A DNA stretch of 64,000 bases from contig CAWBMV010000006.1 of assembly GCA_963789955.1 (NCBI GenBank), positions 128,001 through 192,000 of the forward strand. Direction: 5' to 3'. Below, in pieces: positions 38,692 through 50,242 of this stretch. The notes under the pieces were generated by a model. It was not told where the DNA came from. It searched no databases and worked only from the letters and a program-made list of their open reading frames with translations. The position numbers and the translations under genes are program-made. The stretch comes from an uncultured Candidatus Rokubacteria bacterium. GTDB lineage: Bacteria; Methylomirabilota; Methylomirabilia; Rokubacteriales; CSP1-6. The first letter of the stretch is position 1. Each line of letters opens with the position of its first letter.

Positions 38692-39255
38692 GTGACGATC
38701 GTCGCCGCGCCCGTCGCGGCCGCCCGCCGACGTGTCATCATCCGCCTCTCGATCCTGTTCCTCGGTACTCTTGTCTGCGTCTCGACCATGGGTGCGGGGA
38801 TCGTCCGCGCGGATCCCACACGCTTCATTCCGTGGACAGACGCGACGGCGCCGGCCCTCGCTCTCAACGATCTCGGCGGCGCCCCGCGTACGCTCGGGGA
38901 CTACCGCGGCCGGATCCTCCTGGTGAATTTCTGGGCGACCTGGTGCGAGCCCTGCCGCGACGAGCTGGCGTCGATCAACAAGCTCCAGGAGAAGCTCGCG
39001 GGGAAACCGTTCGTGGTCCTGTTGATCAACTACGGAGAAGCGCGGGCACGGGTCGCCGATTTCGTGAAGCGTGAGTCGATCGTGTTTCCGATTCTTCTCG
39101 ACCCGAATCAGGACGCGTCGAAGGCGTGGCGAGTTCGCGTGCTGCCGTCGAGCTTCCTGGTCGGTCCGGATGGGCACGTTCGCTACACGGTCATCGGCGA
39201 GATCGACTGGGCTCAGGCTGATGCCGTCGAAGTCGTCCAGAGTCTGTTGCGCTAG
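38692..39255 (+). CDS. TlpA-like thioredoxin
   Basis: NFWATWCEPCRDE; N-terminal hydrophobic segment. Confidence 0.88.
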   Translation: MTIVAAPVAAARRRVIIRLSILFLGTLVCVSTMGAGIVRADPTRFIPWTDATAPALALNDLGGAPRTLGDYRGRILLVNFWATWCEPCRDELASINKLQEKLAGKPFVVLLINYGEARARVADFVKRESIVFPILLDPNQDASKAWRVRVLPSSFLVGPDGHVRYTVIGEIDWAQADAVEVVQSLLR

Positions 39256-39293
39256 GGGCTATCGGGCGAGGAGCGGTTCGTCGAGAGGTGAGG

Positions 39294-39569
39294 CTATGCG
39301 TCGGGACGGGGCGCGCGCGGATTTCGCAGGACGGCCAGGAGTCGCTTCTTGAGCTCGGAGGGGATCTCCACTTCCTTCAGCTTGGTCGCGGCGTTCACGG
39401 TTCCTCGGTAGGTGTTGACGAACGCCACGCAGGGCCCGCATCCCTCGATGTGCCATTCCAGAAGCTCCCGCGTCGGTTTAGGGAGGCTTCCATCGAGATA
39501 ATCGCCAAGGAGGTCGGCTATCTGCCGACATTCGATCTTCGAGGGCATCTGGGCGTCACGCTCTGACAT
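39294..39569 (-). CDS. Small zf-HC2 (anti-sigma-like) zinc finger protein
   Basis: CRQIADLLGDYLDG...HIEGCGPC (HxxxCxxC). Confidence 0.8.
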   Translation of the reverse strand: MSERDAQMPSKIECRQIADLLGDYLDGSLPKPTRELLEWHIEGCGPCVAFVNTYRGTVNAATKLKEVEIPSELKKRLLAVLRNPRAPRPDA

Positions 39570-39672
39570 CGCCGTACATTATATGTAGACGCCGGGCCGC
39601 GTGCGAGGGATTCGAGGCCAGATTGGCTGGGGAATCTTTACGCAGTGCGGCGTAGCCGATATGCTCGCGCCC

Positions 39673-40741
39673 ATGCCCCTTCGTCTGGCGATCCTCACGC
39701 CGTTCGGTCCGCCGGCCCCGAGGGGCAATGCCGTGACGGTCGCGCGGGTCGCGCAGGGTCTCGCCGAGCGGGGCGTCGAGGTCCGTCTGTGGGATCTCTC
39801 GGCGGTCGACCTTGCGACGGTCGACTCCGAGATCCAGGCCTACCGGCCGGCGCTGATCCACGCCTTTCACGCCTACGGTGCAGGCCCTCTGGCGCTTCGT
39901 CTGGCGCACCGCGTCGAAGTCCCGCTCGTCGTCACGCTCACTGGAACCGACGCGAACCACGATCTGCTGGACCCGGAGCACTCGCCGGTGGTCAAGAACG
40001 TGCTCAACAACGCCCACCGGATCACCGTGTTCCATCAGTCAGTCGGCGATCGGGTCGCCGCCATGCTGCCGGGTGTCGGCGGACGACTTGTCGTCGTCCC
40101 CCAGTCCGTCCGCCTGCCAGGGAACGGCCGGTTCGATCTGCAAGAGCGCTGGCCGCTTCCGCCTCGGACCGTCCTCTTCGTGTTTCCCGTCGGTCTCCGA
40201 GCGGTGAAGAATCCGGTTTTTCCGGTGGCGCCGCTGAGCCGGCTCGTCAAGGCGATCCCAGAAATCCGTCTGCTCTATGCGGGGCCGATCCTGGAGCCCT
40301 CGGTCGGTGAAGCGCTGGAACGGCAGCTCTCGGCGATGCCGTGGGCTCGCTACGTCGGCGAGGTCCCGCACGAACAGATGGCGTCGCTCCTGTCGCAGGC
40401 CGACGTGGTGCTGAACTGCTCCATTTCGGAAGGGGGCATGGCGAACTCCGTGCTCGAGGCCCTGTCGCTCGGCCGCGCGGTCCTGGCCTCCGATATCGAC
40501 GGCAATCGCTCGATCGTCGCCGACGGCTCCACGGGCTTTCTTTTCCGCGACGAGGCCGAGTTCGAGCGGCACGCCGCGGAGCTCGCACGCGATCCGGCGC
40601 TCCGGGAGCGGCTCGGGCTCGCCGGCTCGGTGCTCGTCAGGGAGCGCTTTTCTCCGGCACGGGAGATCGACGGCTATCAGACGGTCTATCGCGCAGCTGG
40701 CTACGGCTCGAGGAGCGCTGGGGCCGTCGTCGGCTTTGTGA
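39673..40741 (+). CDS. GT4 glycosyltransferase of the SenB/GLT1D1-like clade (3' end uncertain)
   Basis: GNAVTVAR, HAFH, PLVVTLTGTD, PQSV, GLRAVKNP, SISEGGMANSVLEA, ASDIDGN. As assembled the ORF runs to 40947; a one-base shift gives TGA at 40739-40741. Confidence 0.85.
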
Positions 40742-40994
40742 CGCTGACGTCACGCCGAGAGCGCTCGGCGATTGTGCAGCGACGTTGCGAGCGCCGATTC
40801 GCGAGGCACGGACTGGAGAGAGGCCGCGGATTTCGGCGTGATTCAGCTGTCGATCGTCCCTTTCCGCAATTGGCAGGCAACTTGCTTAGCTCATCGAGTA
40901 GTATGAGACGAAGCGGTCGTCGAGAAAACGGCAGCGCCAGCGCTTGACGGCTCTCTATAGAATGGGCAGCAGGGATTCGCGAGAGGAGAGCTCG

Positions 40995-42010
40995 ATGACT
41001 CAGGATTCCCGGGTTCAGGCGTTCGTCGCCGCGTTCGAGAGACTGCGCGCCGAAGTCGAAAAGGTCATCGTCGGCCATCACGAAGTCATCACGCACGTGC
41101 TCACCGGCATGTTCGCCGGCGGTCACGTCCTGCTCGAAGGCGTGCCGGGCCTGGGCAAGACGCTCCTGATCAAGACGCTCTCGGAAGGGCTCGACCTGTC
41201 CTTCTCGCGCATTCAGTTCACGCCCGACCTGATGCCCGCCGACATCATCGGCACCAACATCATCGTCGAGGACGCGGACGGCCGGAAGCACTTCCAGTTC
41301 CAGCAGGGGCCGATCTTCGCGCACATCCTGCTGGCCGACGAGATCAACCGCGCCACACCCAAGACGCAATCCGCGCTGCTCGAAGGCATGCAGGAGAGCG
41401 CCGTCACCGTCGGCGGCTCCACGCGGCCGCTCCCGGCGCCGTTCTTCGTGCTCGCCACGCAGAACCCGATCGAGATGGAAGGGACGTATCCGCTGCCGGA
41501 AGCCCAGCTCGATCGATTCCTCTTCAAGCTGCGCGTCCGTTACCCGCAGATCGAGGAGCTGAACGCGATCATCGATCGCACGACGCAGTCACGGACCGCC
41601 ATCGTGCAATCGCGTCCTGAGCGGGCCCGGACGTGCTCTCGTTCCGCGAGCTGATCCGCGAAGTGCCGATCGCCTCGCACGTCCGCGACTTCGCCTCCGC
41701 GATCGTCATGGCGACGCACCCGCAGTGGGAGCAGGCGCCGGACGTCGCGCGCCGGTTCGTGCGGTACGGCGCGAGCCCCCGCGGGGCCCAGGCTCTCGTG
41801 CTCGGCGCCAAGGTGAGGGCGCTCGCCGAGGGGCGGTACAACGTCAGCGTGGAGGACATCAAGGCGCTGGCGGTGCCGGCGCTGCGCCATCGCGTGATCC
41901 TGAACTTCGAGGGCGAGGCCGAGGGAATCGACACCGACACGGTGATCTCCCGGGTCATCGCCGACACCGAGGCGGGCGTCGCCCAGAGCCGCGAACCCTT
42001 TCTCCGCTAG
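40995..42010 (+). CDS. MoxR family AAA+ ATPase (frameshift near 41610)
   Basis: [54 protein letters not shown]. Confidence 0.93.
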
Positions 42011-42025
42011 TCGCAGGAGGAGCGC

Positions 42026-43477
42026 ATGACCGAGTCGCCACGGATCGAAGGCCTCCTGCGCCGTATCGGGCGGGAGGTCCGCCGCCGGCGGGCCGAGTAT
42101 TACGGTCTCCGCGGCGCCTTCTGGGGTGCGGTGGCCGGGGTCGCAGTCCTGCTGGCCAAACACGCCCTGGCCGGACGAGCGCCGTGGATCGCCGCGAGCC
42201 TCATGGTCCTCGGCGGGCTGGCGGGGATCGTCTACGGGGCCGCGCGGGGCATCCGGCGCGGCGACATCGCGCGGGTCGCCGACCGGGCGTTCGGTCTGGA
42301 CGACCGTGTCGCGACGACGCTCGAGTGGGCGGACCGCCCGGACCGCACGCCGCTCGTGGACGCGCTGATCGCGGACACCGTCGCGCGGGTCGAGAGCCTG
42401 CAGATCAAGCGCGTGGTCAAGCGCGTCGTTCCCCGTGAAGGCCAGCTTCTGCTCTTCCCGGTGCTCGCCGCCCTGGTCCTGATGATCATGCCGCCGATTC
42501 CGTTGCCGTCGGGCCGGCTGCCCGATTTCCTGTCCTCCACCGAAGAGGAGAGCGAGGAGCGGACGGGCTCGTCCATGCTCGAGGAAACGACGCGCCAGCT
42601 CTCCAAGGATTCGCTCAAGCGACCGTCCTTCGAGGAGCGCGACTTCGCCCAGCGCGCCGGTGGCAGCGGCGCCACGACCACCGGCGATCTGTCGGCGATC
42701 TTCAAGGACACCTCGCTCGCCAACTCGCGCCCCGACTTCAACAGCTTCATGAAGAAGGGTGACGAGCGGCTCCGCATGCTCGAGCAGACGGACCGCATGC
42801 CGGATCTCCAGTCGGACTTCACGAACAGCCAGTACAAGATGGTCTACCGCAAGTCGAAGGCGCTGACCGGCGGTCTCCGGCCCGATCAGATCTCGCCCCA
42901 GAAGCTGCGTGAGCTCCTCGAGGAGATGGAGCGCCTCGGTCGCAAGGGCGGTGGCAACTGGAGCGGTGACGCCATGGAAGGCATGGAGGCGCTCGAGGGC
43001 GGCCAGAGCGATCGGGCCCTGGAGGCGATGCAGAAGGCGCTCGACAAGATGCGCGCGATGGACGAGGCGCAGCGCTCCGGCAAGGGCCTGCGCGGCGGGC
43101 GCGAGTCCGAGCGCGGCGGGCGAGGCAAAGACCGCGCACGCGGCGACGGCATGGGTCCGGAGGATCAGGATTTCGGCGAAGGCGAGGGGCTCATGCCCGG
43201 CAAAGGCCGGAGCGGGAACCCGAAGGGCGAGGCCACCCAGCGGCTTCGCGCCAACCCGTTCGACGTGGGCGTCGAGGGGGAGTCGCGTCAGGGCCGCAAG
43301 GACGGCTACGACACCAACCTGACCGGACGGGGCGGCACCATGGCCTCGCGGCTTCAGTACCTCGGCGTCATCGGCCAGTACCGCAAGGCGATGGAGGACG
43401 CGATCACGCGTGAGCAGGTGCCGCGCGACTTCCACGACCAGATCCGCAACTACTTCCAGTCGCTCGACGAGCGCTGA
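42026..43477 (+). CDS. Membrane-anchored Gly-rich/coiled-coil hypothetical protein of the MoxR cluster
   Basis: N-terminal TM helices; C-terminal EQVPRDFHDQIRNYF motif. Confidence 0.75.
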   Translation: MTESPRIEGLLRRIGREVRRRRAEYYGLRGAFWGAVAGVAVLLAKHALAGRAPWIAASLMVLGGLAGIVYGAARGIRRGDIARVADRAFGLDDRVATTLEWADRPDRTPLVDALIADTVARVESLQIKRVVKRVVPREGQLLLFPVLAALVLMIMPPIPLPSGRLPDFLSSTEEESEERTGSSMLEETTRQLSKDSLKRPSFEERDFAQRAGGSGATTTGDLSAIFKDTSLANSRPDFNSFMKKGDERLRMLEQTDRMPDLQSDFTNSQYKMVYRKSKALTGGLRPDQISPQKLRELLEEMERLGRKGGGNWSGDAMEGMEALEGGQSDRALEAMQKALDKMRAMDEAQRSGKGLRGGRESERGGRGKDRARGDGMGPEDQDFGEGEGLMPGKGRSGNPKGEATQRLRANPFDVGVEGESRQGRKDGYDTNLTGRGGTMASRLQYLGVIGQYRKAMEDAITREQVPRDFHDQIRNYFQSLDER

Positions 43478-43491
43478 TCGGACGGAAAAGC

Positions 43492-44379
43492 ATGCCGGTG
43501 ATGCGCTCAACGTTCTTCACGTCCGAGTTTCTGGCGCAGCTCGAGCGTCTGTCCTTGCTCTCGCGGCGGATCTTCCGCGGGCGGGTGAAGGGCGAGCGCC
43601 GCAGCCTCCGGCGCGGGCACAGCGTCGAGTTCTGTGACTACCGCGCGTACGGCGTCGGCGACGATCTGCGCTACGTCGACTGGAACATCTACGGCCGACT
43701 CGATCGCCTGCACGTCAAGCTCTTCGTGGACGAAGAGGATCTGTGCCTGCACCTGATCGTCGACGCGTCGGCGTCGATGAACTTCGGGACGCCCAGCAAG
43801 CTCGAGTGCGCGGTACGGATCGCCGCGGCGCTCGGCTTCGTCGGGCTCGTGAACATGGAGCGCGTCGGGGTGGGTGTGCTCCGCGAGCGGATCGCCGAAG
43901 GCTTTCCGCCGACCCGCGGCCGCAACCAGGTCACCGGCCTCGTCGATTTCCTCGCCGCGGTACGCCCCGCCGGCGGCACGAGCCTCAACGAGGCGCTGGC
44001 CAACTACGCCGCGCGCTCGCGGCAGACGGGGCTCGCCGTCGTCATCTCCGATCTCCTCGATCCGGCTGGGTATGAATCCGGCGTGCGGGCGCTGCTCGAA
44101 CGGCGCTTCGACGTGCATCTGGTCCACGTGCTGGCGCCCGAGGAGATGAACCCGGAGCTCGCCGGCGACCTGCGCCTGCTCGACAGCGAGACCGGCGAGA
44201 TGCGCGAGCTCTCGATGGACGGCGACGCCGTCCGCGCGTACCGCGAGCGCCTCCGGCAGTACCTCGAGCGCGTCGAGACCTTCTGCCGGACCAAGGAGAT
44301 CGGCTATCACCGGATGACCTCTGACTCGCCCGTGGAGTCGTTCGTCCTGGCCCAGCTCCGGGGCCGAGTCGTCGCATGA
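43492..44379 (+). CDS. DUF58 domain protein
   Basis: GHSVEFCDYRAYGVGDDLRYVDWN, DASASM, VISD. Confidence 0.92.
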   Translation: MPVMRSTFFTSEFLAQLERLSLLSRRIFRGRVKGERRSLRRGHSVEFCDYRAYGVGDDLRYVDWNIYGRLDRLHVKLFVDEEDLCLHLIVDASASMNFGTPSKLECAVRIAAALGFVGLVNMERVGVGVLRERIAEGFPPTRGRNQVTGLVDFLAAVRPAGGTSLNEALANYAARSRQTGLAVVISDLLDPAGYESGVRALLERRFDVHLVHVLAPEEMNPELAGDLRLLDSETGEMRELSMDGDAVRAYRERLRQYLERVETFCRTKEIGYHRMTSDSPVESFVLAQLRGRVVA

Positions 44380-47300
44380 GCTTCCTGTCTCCGCTCGCGC
44401 TCTCGCTGTTCGCGCTGTCCGTCCCGCTGGTGCTGCTCTACTTCCTCAAGGTCCGCCGGCGCGAGCGGACGGTGTCGAGCCTGCTGCTCTGGAGCACCTC
44501 GCTCCGTGACCGCGAGGCGTCGACGTTCTTCCAGCGCCTGCACCGCGATCCGCTGCTCCTGCTCCAGCTGCTGGCGCTCCTGGCGCTGGCGCTGGCGCTG
44601 GCGAAACCGGTCGCGACCGTCATGGGCCAGGGCGCACGCAAGGTGGTCGTCGTCCTCGACACCTCCGCCTCGATGAAGGCGCAGGACGTCTCGCCCTCCC
44701 GGTTCGAGGCAGCCAGAGCCGGCGCGACCTCGCTCGTGCGCGGGCTCGGCGAGGGCGCGGAAGTGATGGTGATCGAGGCGGGCGTACAGCCGAAGGTGAC
44801 CGCCGCGCTCGCGCGCGACCGCGAACGGGCACTCGGCGCGATCCGCTCCGCGCAGGCCCGCGACCTGCCGACCCGCCTGGTCGAAGCCGTGCGGACCGCG
44901 CGGGCGCTCGTCGCCGCCGATCCGCGGGCCGAGATCCACGTCTTCACCGATGGCGCGTTCACCCTGCCCCAGAGCGAGGACACCACCGATCCGCGCGTGC
45001 GCTGGATCGGCGTCGGGCGGCAGGGCAACAACGTCGCGATCACCAGCCTGTCGATCCGCAAGAACTACTACGGCGCGTTCGACTATCAGGCGTTCGTGTC
45101 GCTCGTGAACTACGCGAACGAGGCCCAGACCTTCACGTTCCGCCTGGAGCTCGACGGCAAGTCGATCGCCGAGAAGGAAGTGACGCTCGAGCCGAGCGTT
45201 CGCCGGTCGGTGGTGTTGCCGTTCAGCCACGGCGGCAGCGGGACGATCACGGCGCGGATCCGCGTCGACGACGACCTGGCCGTCGACAACGTCGCGTACG
45301 CGGTCCTGCCTCCGCCGCGGAAGATCGCCGTGCTGCTGGTGAGCCCGGGGAATCTGTTCCTCGAGAAGGTTCTTCGAACCGATCCTCAGGTGTCCCTCGA
45401 CGTGCGCACGCCCGACCAGTACCAGGGCGGCATGGGCGACGCGGACGTCGTCGTGCTCGACTCGGTGACGCCGCCACGCGCCGGACCGGGGCGTTTCATC
45501 TTCGTGAACGCGGTGCCGCCCGACGTGCCACTGGAGGTGCTCGGCCGCATCGAGCGCCCGACGATCATGGACTGGGACCGGACGCACCCGGTCATGCGTC
45601 ACGTCGAGCTCGCGAAGGTGACGATCGAAGATGCGCTGCGCGTCCGGCCGCTGGCGGCCGGGCGCCCCGTCGTCGAGGCGGTAGGCGGACCGCTCGTCTA
45701 CGCGCTCGAGGAGCCCGACCGCAAGGCGCTGTTCGTCGGGTTCGACCTGTTCAAGACCGACTTTCCGCTGCGGATCGCGTTTCCGCTGGTGCTGTCGAAC
45801 ACCCTGCGCTGGCTGCATCCGGCAGGGCTCGACCAGTCGAGCTTCCAGTTCGCCACGGGCCAGCCGATCCTGCTGCCGGCGCCCCACGGCGTCAGCACGG
45901 TCACCGTGACCACGCCCAGCGGCCGGACGGTTCAAGGACGGGTCACCCGCGGCGCGATCAGCTTCACGGAGACCGACGAAGCCGGCGTGTACACCCTGGC
46001 GACGGCGCGCGGCGAGACGCGCGTAGCCGTGAACCTCATGAACGCCGAGGAATCGAACCTGGCGCCGCATCCGCTGCCGAGTCCGTCCGGGCACGGCCCG
46101 GCCGCGCCGCCGGTACCGGTCCAGCGCGACCTCTGGCCGCTGTTCGTCATGCTGGCCGTCCTGCTGCTCGCGGGAGAGGGACTCCTCTACTGGCGTCGCC
46201 AGAGCGCCGGGCGGCTACGCTTGCCGTCGAGCCCAGGCGATCGCTGGGCACTCGCGCTGCGGAGCGCGCTGGTCGTGGTTCTCTGTCTCACGTTGCTGCG
46301 GCCGACCCTGCCCCGATGGGTCGACCGGATGAACGTCGTCTTCTTGATGGATCTCTCCGACAGCGTGAGCCTCGCCTCGCGCGAGCGCGCGTACCGGTTC
46401 GTCGCCGAAGCCGCCAAGTCGATGAAGAGCGGCGACCGCAACAGCGTGATCGCCTTCGGCGAGCAAGCGGTCGTCGACCAGCCGCTCGCCACTCGTCCGA
46501 CCGTCGAGCGTCCGAAGGTGCAGGTCGATGGACACGGTACGAACATCTTCCAGGCGATCCAGCTCGCCCTCGCGATGCTGCCGCCGGGCCAGGCCAATCG
46601 CATCGTCATGCTCACCGACGGGCGCCAGAACGCGGGCAACGCGCTCGCCGGCGCGCAGGCCGCCAAGGACGTGGCCGCGGATATCTACTACGTCGCCGCG
46701 CCGCTGACCTTCACACAGGAGGTGGTCGCCGAGGCGCTGGTGCTGCCGCACGAGGTGAAGTTCGGCGAGCCCTTCCAGGCGAAGGTCGTCGTGTGGAGCC
46801 ACCGAGACACCGAGGGACGGCTCTCGCTCTTCAGGAACAACGAGTTCCTCGGCTCGCAGGTCGTGCGCCTGAGCGCCGGCAAGAACGTCTTCAGCTACCG
46901 GCAGTCGCTCGACACGAGCGGCATCCACGTCTATCAGGCGGCGATGGAGGTCGACGGCGATACGATCGAGGAGAACAACCGCGCCGTCGGCGCCGTCGTG
47001 GTGCGCGGCCGGCCCCAGGTGCTGCTCGCCGACAAGGACAAGAGCCACGCCCAGTCACTGGCCGGCGCGCTTCGCTCGCAGAACATCGACGTGACCGTGG
47101 TGGAGCCGCCGGGGATTCCGACCGATCTGGCCGGCCTGCAGAAGTACGACGGGATCGGTGCTCTCGAACGTCTCGTCGCTCAAGCTGAGCCGGCCGCAGA
47201 TGGGGTACATCCGCGATTACGTCCGCGACTACGGCGGCGGGCTCGTCATGATCGGCGGCGAGGAGAGCTTCGGGCTCGGCGGCTACTACCGCACGCCGGT

Positions 47301-48752
47301 CGAGGAAGCGCTGCCGGTCACGATGGAGGTCAAGCAGAAGGTCGAGATCCCGAGCCTGGCCGTCGTGCTCTCGATCGATCGCTCGGGCTCCATGGCGATG
47401 TCGACCGACGAGAAGGTGACGAAGCTCGACCTCGCCAAGGAAGCCTCGCATCTCGTGGTGGATCTGCTCGACGAGCGCAACGAAGTCGGCGTGATGAGCT
47501 GGGACACCGAGTTCATCTGGGACGCGCCGGTGCGGCCCGGCCAAGGACAAGGCGGCGATCCATCACGCGATCGCGACGATCAAGGCCGGCGGCGGCACCG
47601 ACGGCTATCCGGCGCTCAAGGAGTCGTACCAGGTGCTCTTCGAGCGCCCGGCGCTGCTGAAGCACGTGATCTTCCTGTCGGACGGACAGATGACGCGCGG
47701 CGACTTCCAGGGCCTGCTTCGCCGGATGGCGAAGGACAAGATCACGGTCTCGACCGTCGCGATCGGCAAGGACGCGGACGTCCAGCTGATGGTCGACGTG
47801 GCCAAGTGGGGCAAGGGCCGCTTCTACTACACCGAAGACTCGCAGACGATCCCGCGGATCTTCACGCTCGAGACCCAGCTCGCCTCCAAGGCCTCGCTCG
47901 TGGAGCAGCCGTTCAAGCCGCAGCTGACCTCGCCCGGCCACGAGGCGATCCAGGAGATCGACTGGAAGAGCGTGCCGCCCCTCGGCGGCTACGTCGCCAG
48001 CACCTTGAAGTCGACCGCCGACCTGGTCCTCATGAGCCACCAGGAAGATCCGGTGCTCGCCACCTGGCGGTACGGGCTCGGCCGCTCGGTCGCGTTCACG
48101 TCCGACGCCAAGGCGAAGTGGGCCGTGCTCTGGCTCCGGTGGCGTGAGTTCAACAAGTTCTGGTCGCAGCTCATCCGCTGGACCTTGCGAAGCGGGACAC
48201 GCAGCGACACGGTCGCAGTCGTGGAGCGCCACGAAAACACCGGCGAGATCTTCGTCGACGCCGTCGACCCGAAGGGCGAGTTCATCAACTTCCTCGACTC
48301 GCAAGTCGGCCGTGGTGGCGCCGAACCGGGAGCGGTCGGTGGTGGACCTCGAGCAGGTCGGCCCGGGCCGCTACCGTGGTCAATTTCCGGCCGCCCAGGA
48401 GGGGGTCTACCTGGTCGGTATGGCGCAGCGGCGGAACGATCGCGTGATCGGCTCGCAGCTGGCGGGTCTGGTGGTACCGTATGCTCAGGAGCTGCGCGAC
48501 CTGGGCGTCGACGAGAGCCTGCTCCGTGAGCTCGCTGAGCTGACGGGTGGGGGAGCGCTCGCGAAGCCCCAGGACGCATTCTTGACAGCGCGGCGGCAGT
48601 CGCGGATCGGTGTCGAGATCTGGCCCTGGCTCGTCGGGCTCGTCGCGCTGCTGCTCGTCCCGGACATTGCGCTCCGGCGCATCGGCCCAGGGGCGTTCGA
48701 CCGAGTGGTCACGCTCGTCCGTCGGGGTCTCCGGAAGAAGGAGGTTCCGTGA
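44376..48752 (+). CDS. Large BatA/VWA + VWA + GATase1-like + VWA membrane protein (frameshifts near 47155, 47535, 48305)
   Basis: Three MIDAS motifs (DTSAS, DLSDS, DRSGS), GGGLVMIGGEESF, WRYGLGRSVAFTSD. Confidence 0.82.
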
Positions 48753-50102
48753 TGCATCGACCGGGTTCGCGGTCCTGGATCGTCGCGGCGGTCGCGGGTC
48801 TGCTCGTTCTCGCCGTCGCCGGCGGGGCGAGCGCCCAGTCCAAGCTGCGAGTCGTCGTGATCGCGCCCTTCGACGCAAGCGTGCTCGAGCGCGAAGAGCA
48901 GTGGATGGGCGAAGGCATCGCCCAGATCCTCGGTCTCGGCCTGGCGCAGCACGCGTCGATCGTTCAGATCGAGCGCGGGCGCCTGCGGGCCGCCGGCCGA
49001 GCCGACGCGTGGACCGAGCCGTTCCTCGCCCAGGCCGCGCGCGCTGTCCGCGCCGACGCGGCGCTTTTCGGCCGGATCGAGCGTCGCGGTACCGACCTGG
49101 TCGTCGTCCCGCAGCTGATGGAGATCAAGCCGAGCGGACCGGAAGTCACGAACCTCGAGCCGGTGGTCGCTCCGCCGGGTGAGCTGTTCGGTCGGCTCGC
49201 CACCTTGCCGGTCGCGTACGTTCGCACGCTCCACGTGGCCACGACCGATGCCGAAGTGGGCCGGATCGAGAAGGCGGCGCGCCCAACGCGGGTGCCGCGG
49301 GCGTTCGAGCTGTTCTCGCGCGGCCAGATCTCGGCGTTGCGCGCCGACCAGGAGGGTAACGAGGCCGCGGTCGATCTTCTGTCTCGTGCCGTCGAGGTCG
49401 ACCCCAGCTTCGTCGTGGCGGCCTACATGCTCGGCGTGGTGCACTCCTCGCTCGGCAACCGATGGAAAGCGGCCGCACAGTTTCGCGCCGCGACGCAGCT
49501 CGATCCTCTCTATCCGGAGCCGTACAAGGCGCTCGGCGATCTCTACCTGTCGCAGCCGCGGCGGCTCTTCGATCAGGCGGTCGAGGCGTACGGCAAGGCG
49601 ATCGAGCTCCGCCCCTTCTACGCGGATGCGTACGTCGGGCTCGGCGACGCCAAAGCCGCGAAGAGCGACATCGACGGCGCGATCGCCGCGTACCAGAAGG
49701 CCCTCGTCTACAACCCGGTCAACCCGCGCGTACACATGAGCCTGGGCAAGATCTACTACGGGGAGAAGGGCCTCTACTACGAGTCGGTCAACGCGTACAA
49801 GAAGGCGATCGATCTCGATCCTCACTCGGTCGACGCTCGCATGGGCCTCGGCGAGGTCTACGAAGAGAAGGGGCTCTACAAGGAAGCGACGGAGGAATAT
49901 CGGCAGCGTGATCGAGATCGACGGCAAGCACACCGGCGCCATGTACAACCTCGCGCTCGTGTACGAGAAGGTCGACCCCAAGGCCGCGATCGGTCAGTGG
50001 GAGCGGTACATCGAGCTCGCGTCCCCGCTGGCCACGGAGAAAGATTGGGTCGACGTCGCTCGCCAGCATCTGAGGAAGCTCAAGAATCAGGTCAAGGACT
50101 AG
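48749..50102 (+). CDS. Exported TPR-repeat protein (frameshift near 49905)
   Basis: Signal peptide ...GASAQ; repeated AYxKAIELxP TPR units. Confidence 0.85.
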
Positions 50103-50242
50103 GCGGCCGCAGATCCGCGGCCGTCTACGTCGTCGTTCGACTCGCCCCGAGCGTGGTCGCCGCAGGCGCCTCGAATGTATGCGGAGGGGTGCCTCGCCGA
50201 CGGCTATGATAGCCGCGTGGGCAGAGGTTTCTGGGGGATCCT

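Noticed and set aside
40742..40947. C-terminal extension of the glycosyltransferase
   Set aside because: Non-family sequence over what looks like the intergenic region before moxR; a one-base shift gives a stop at 40741.
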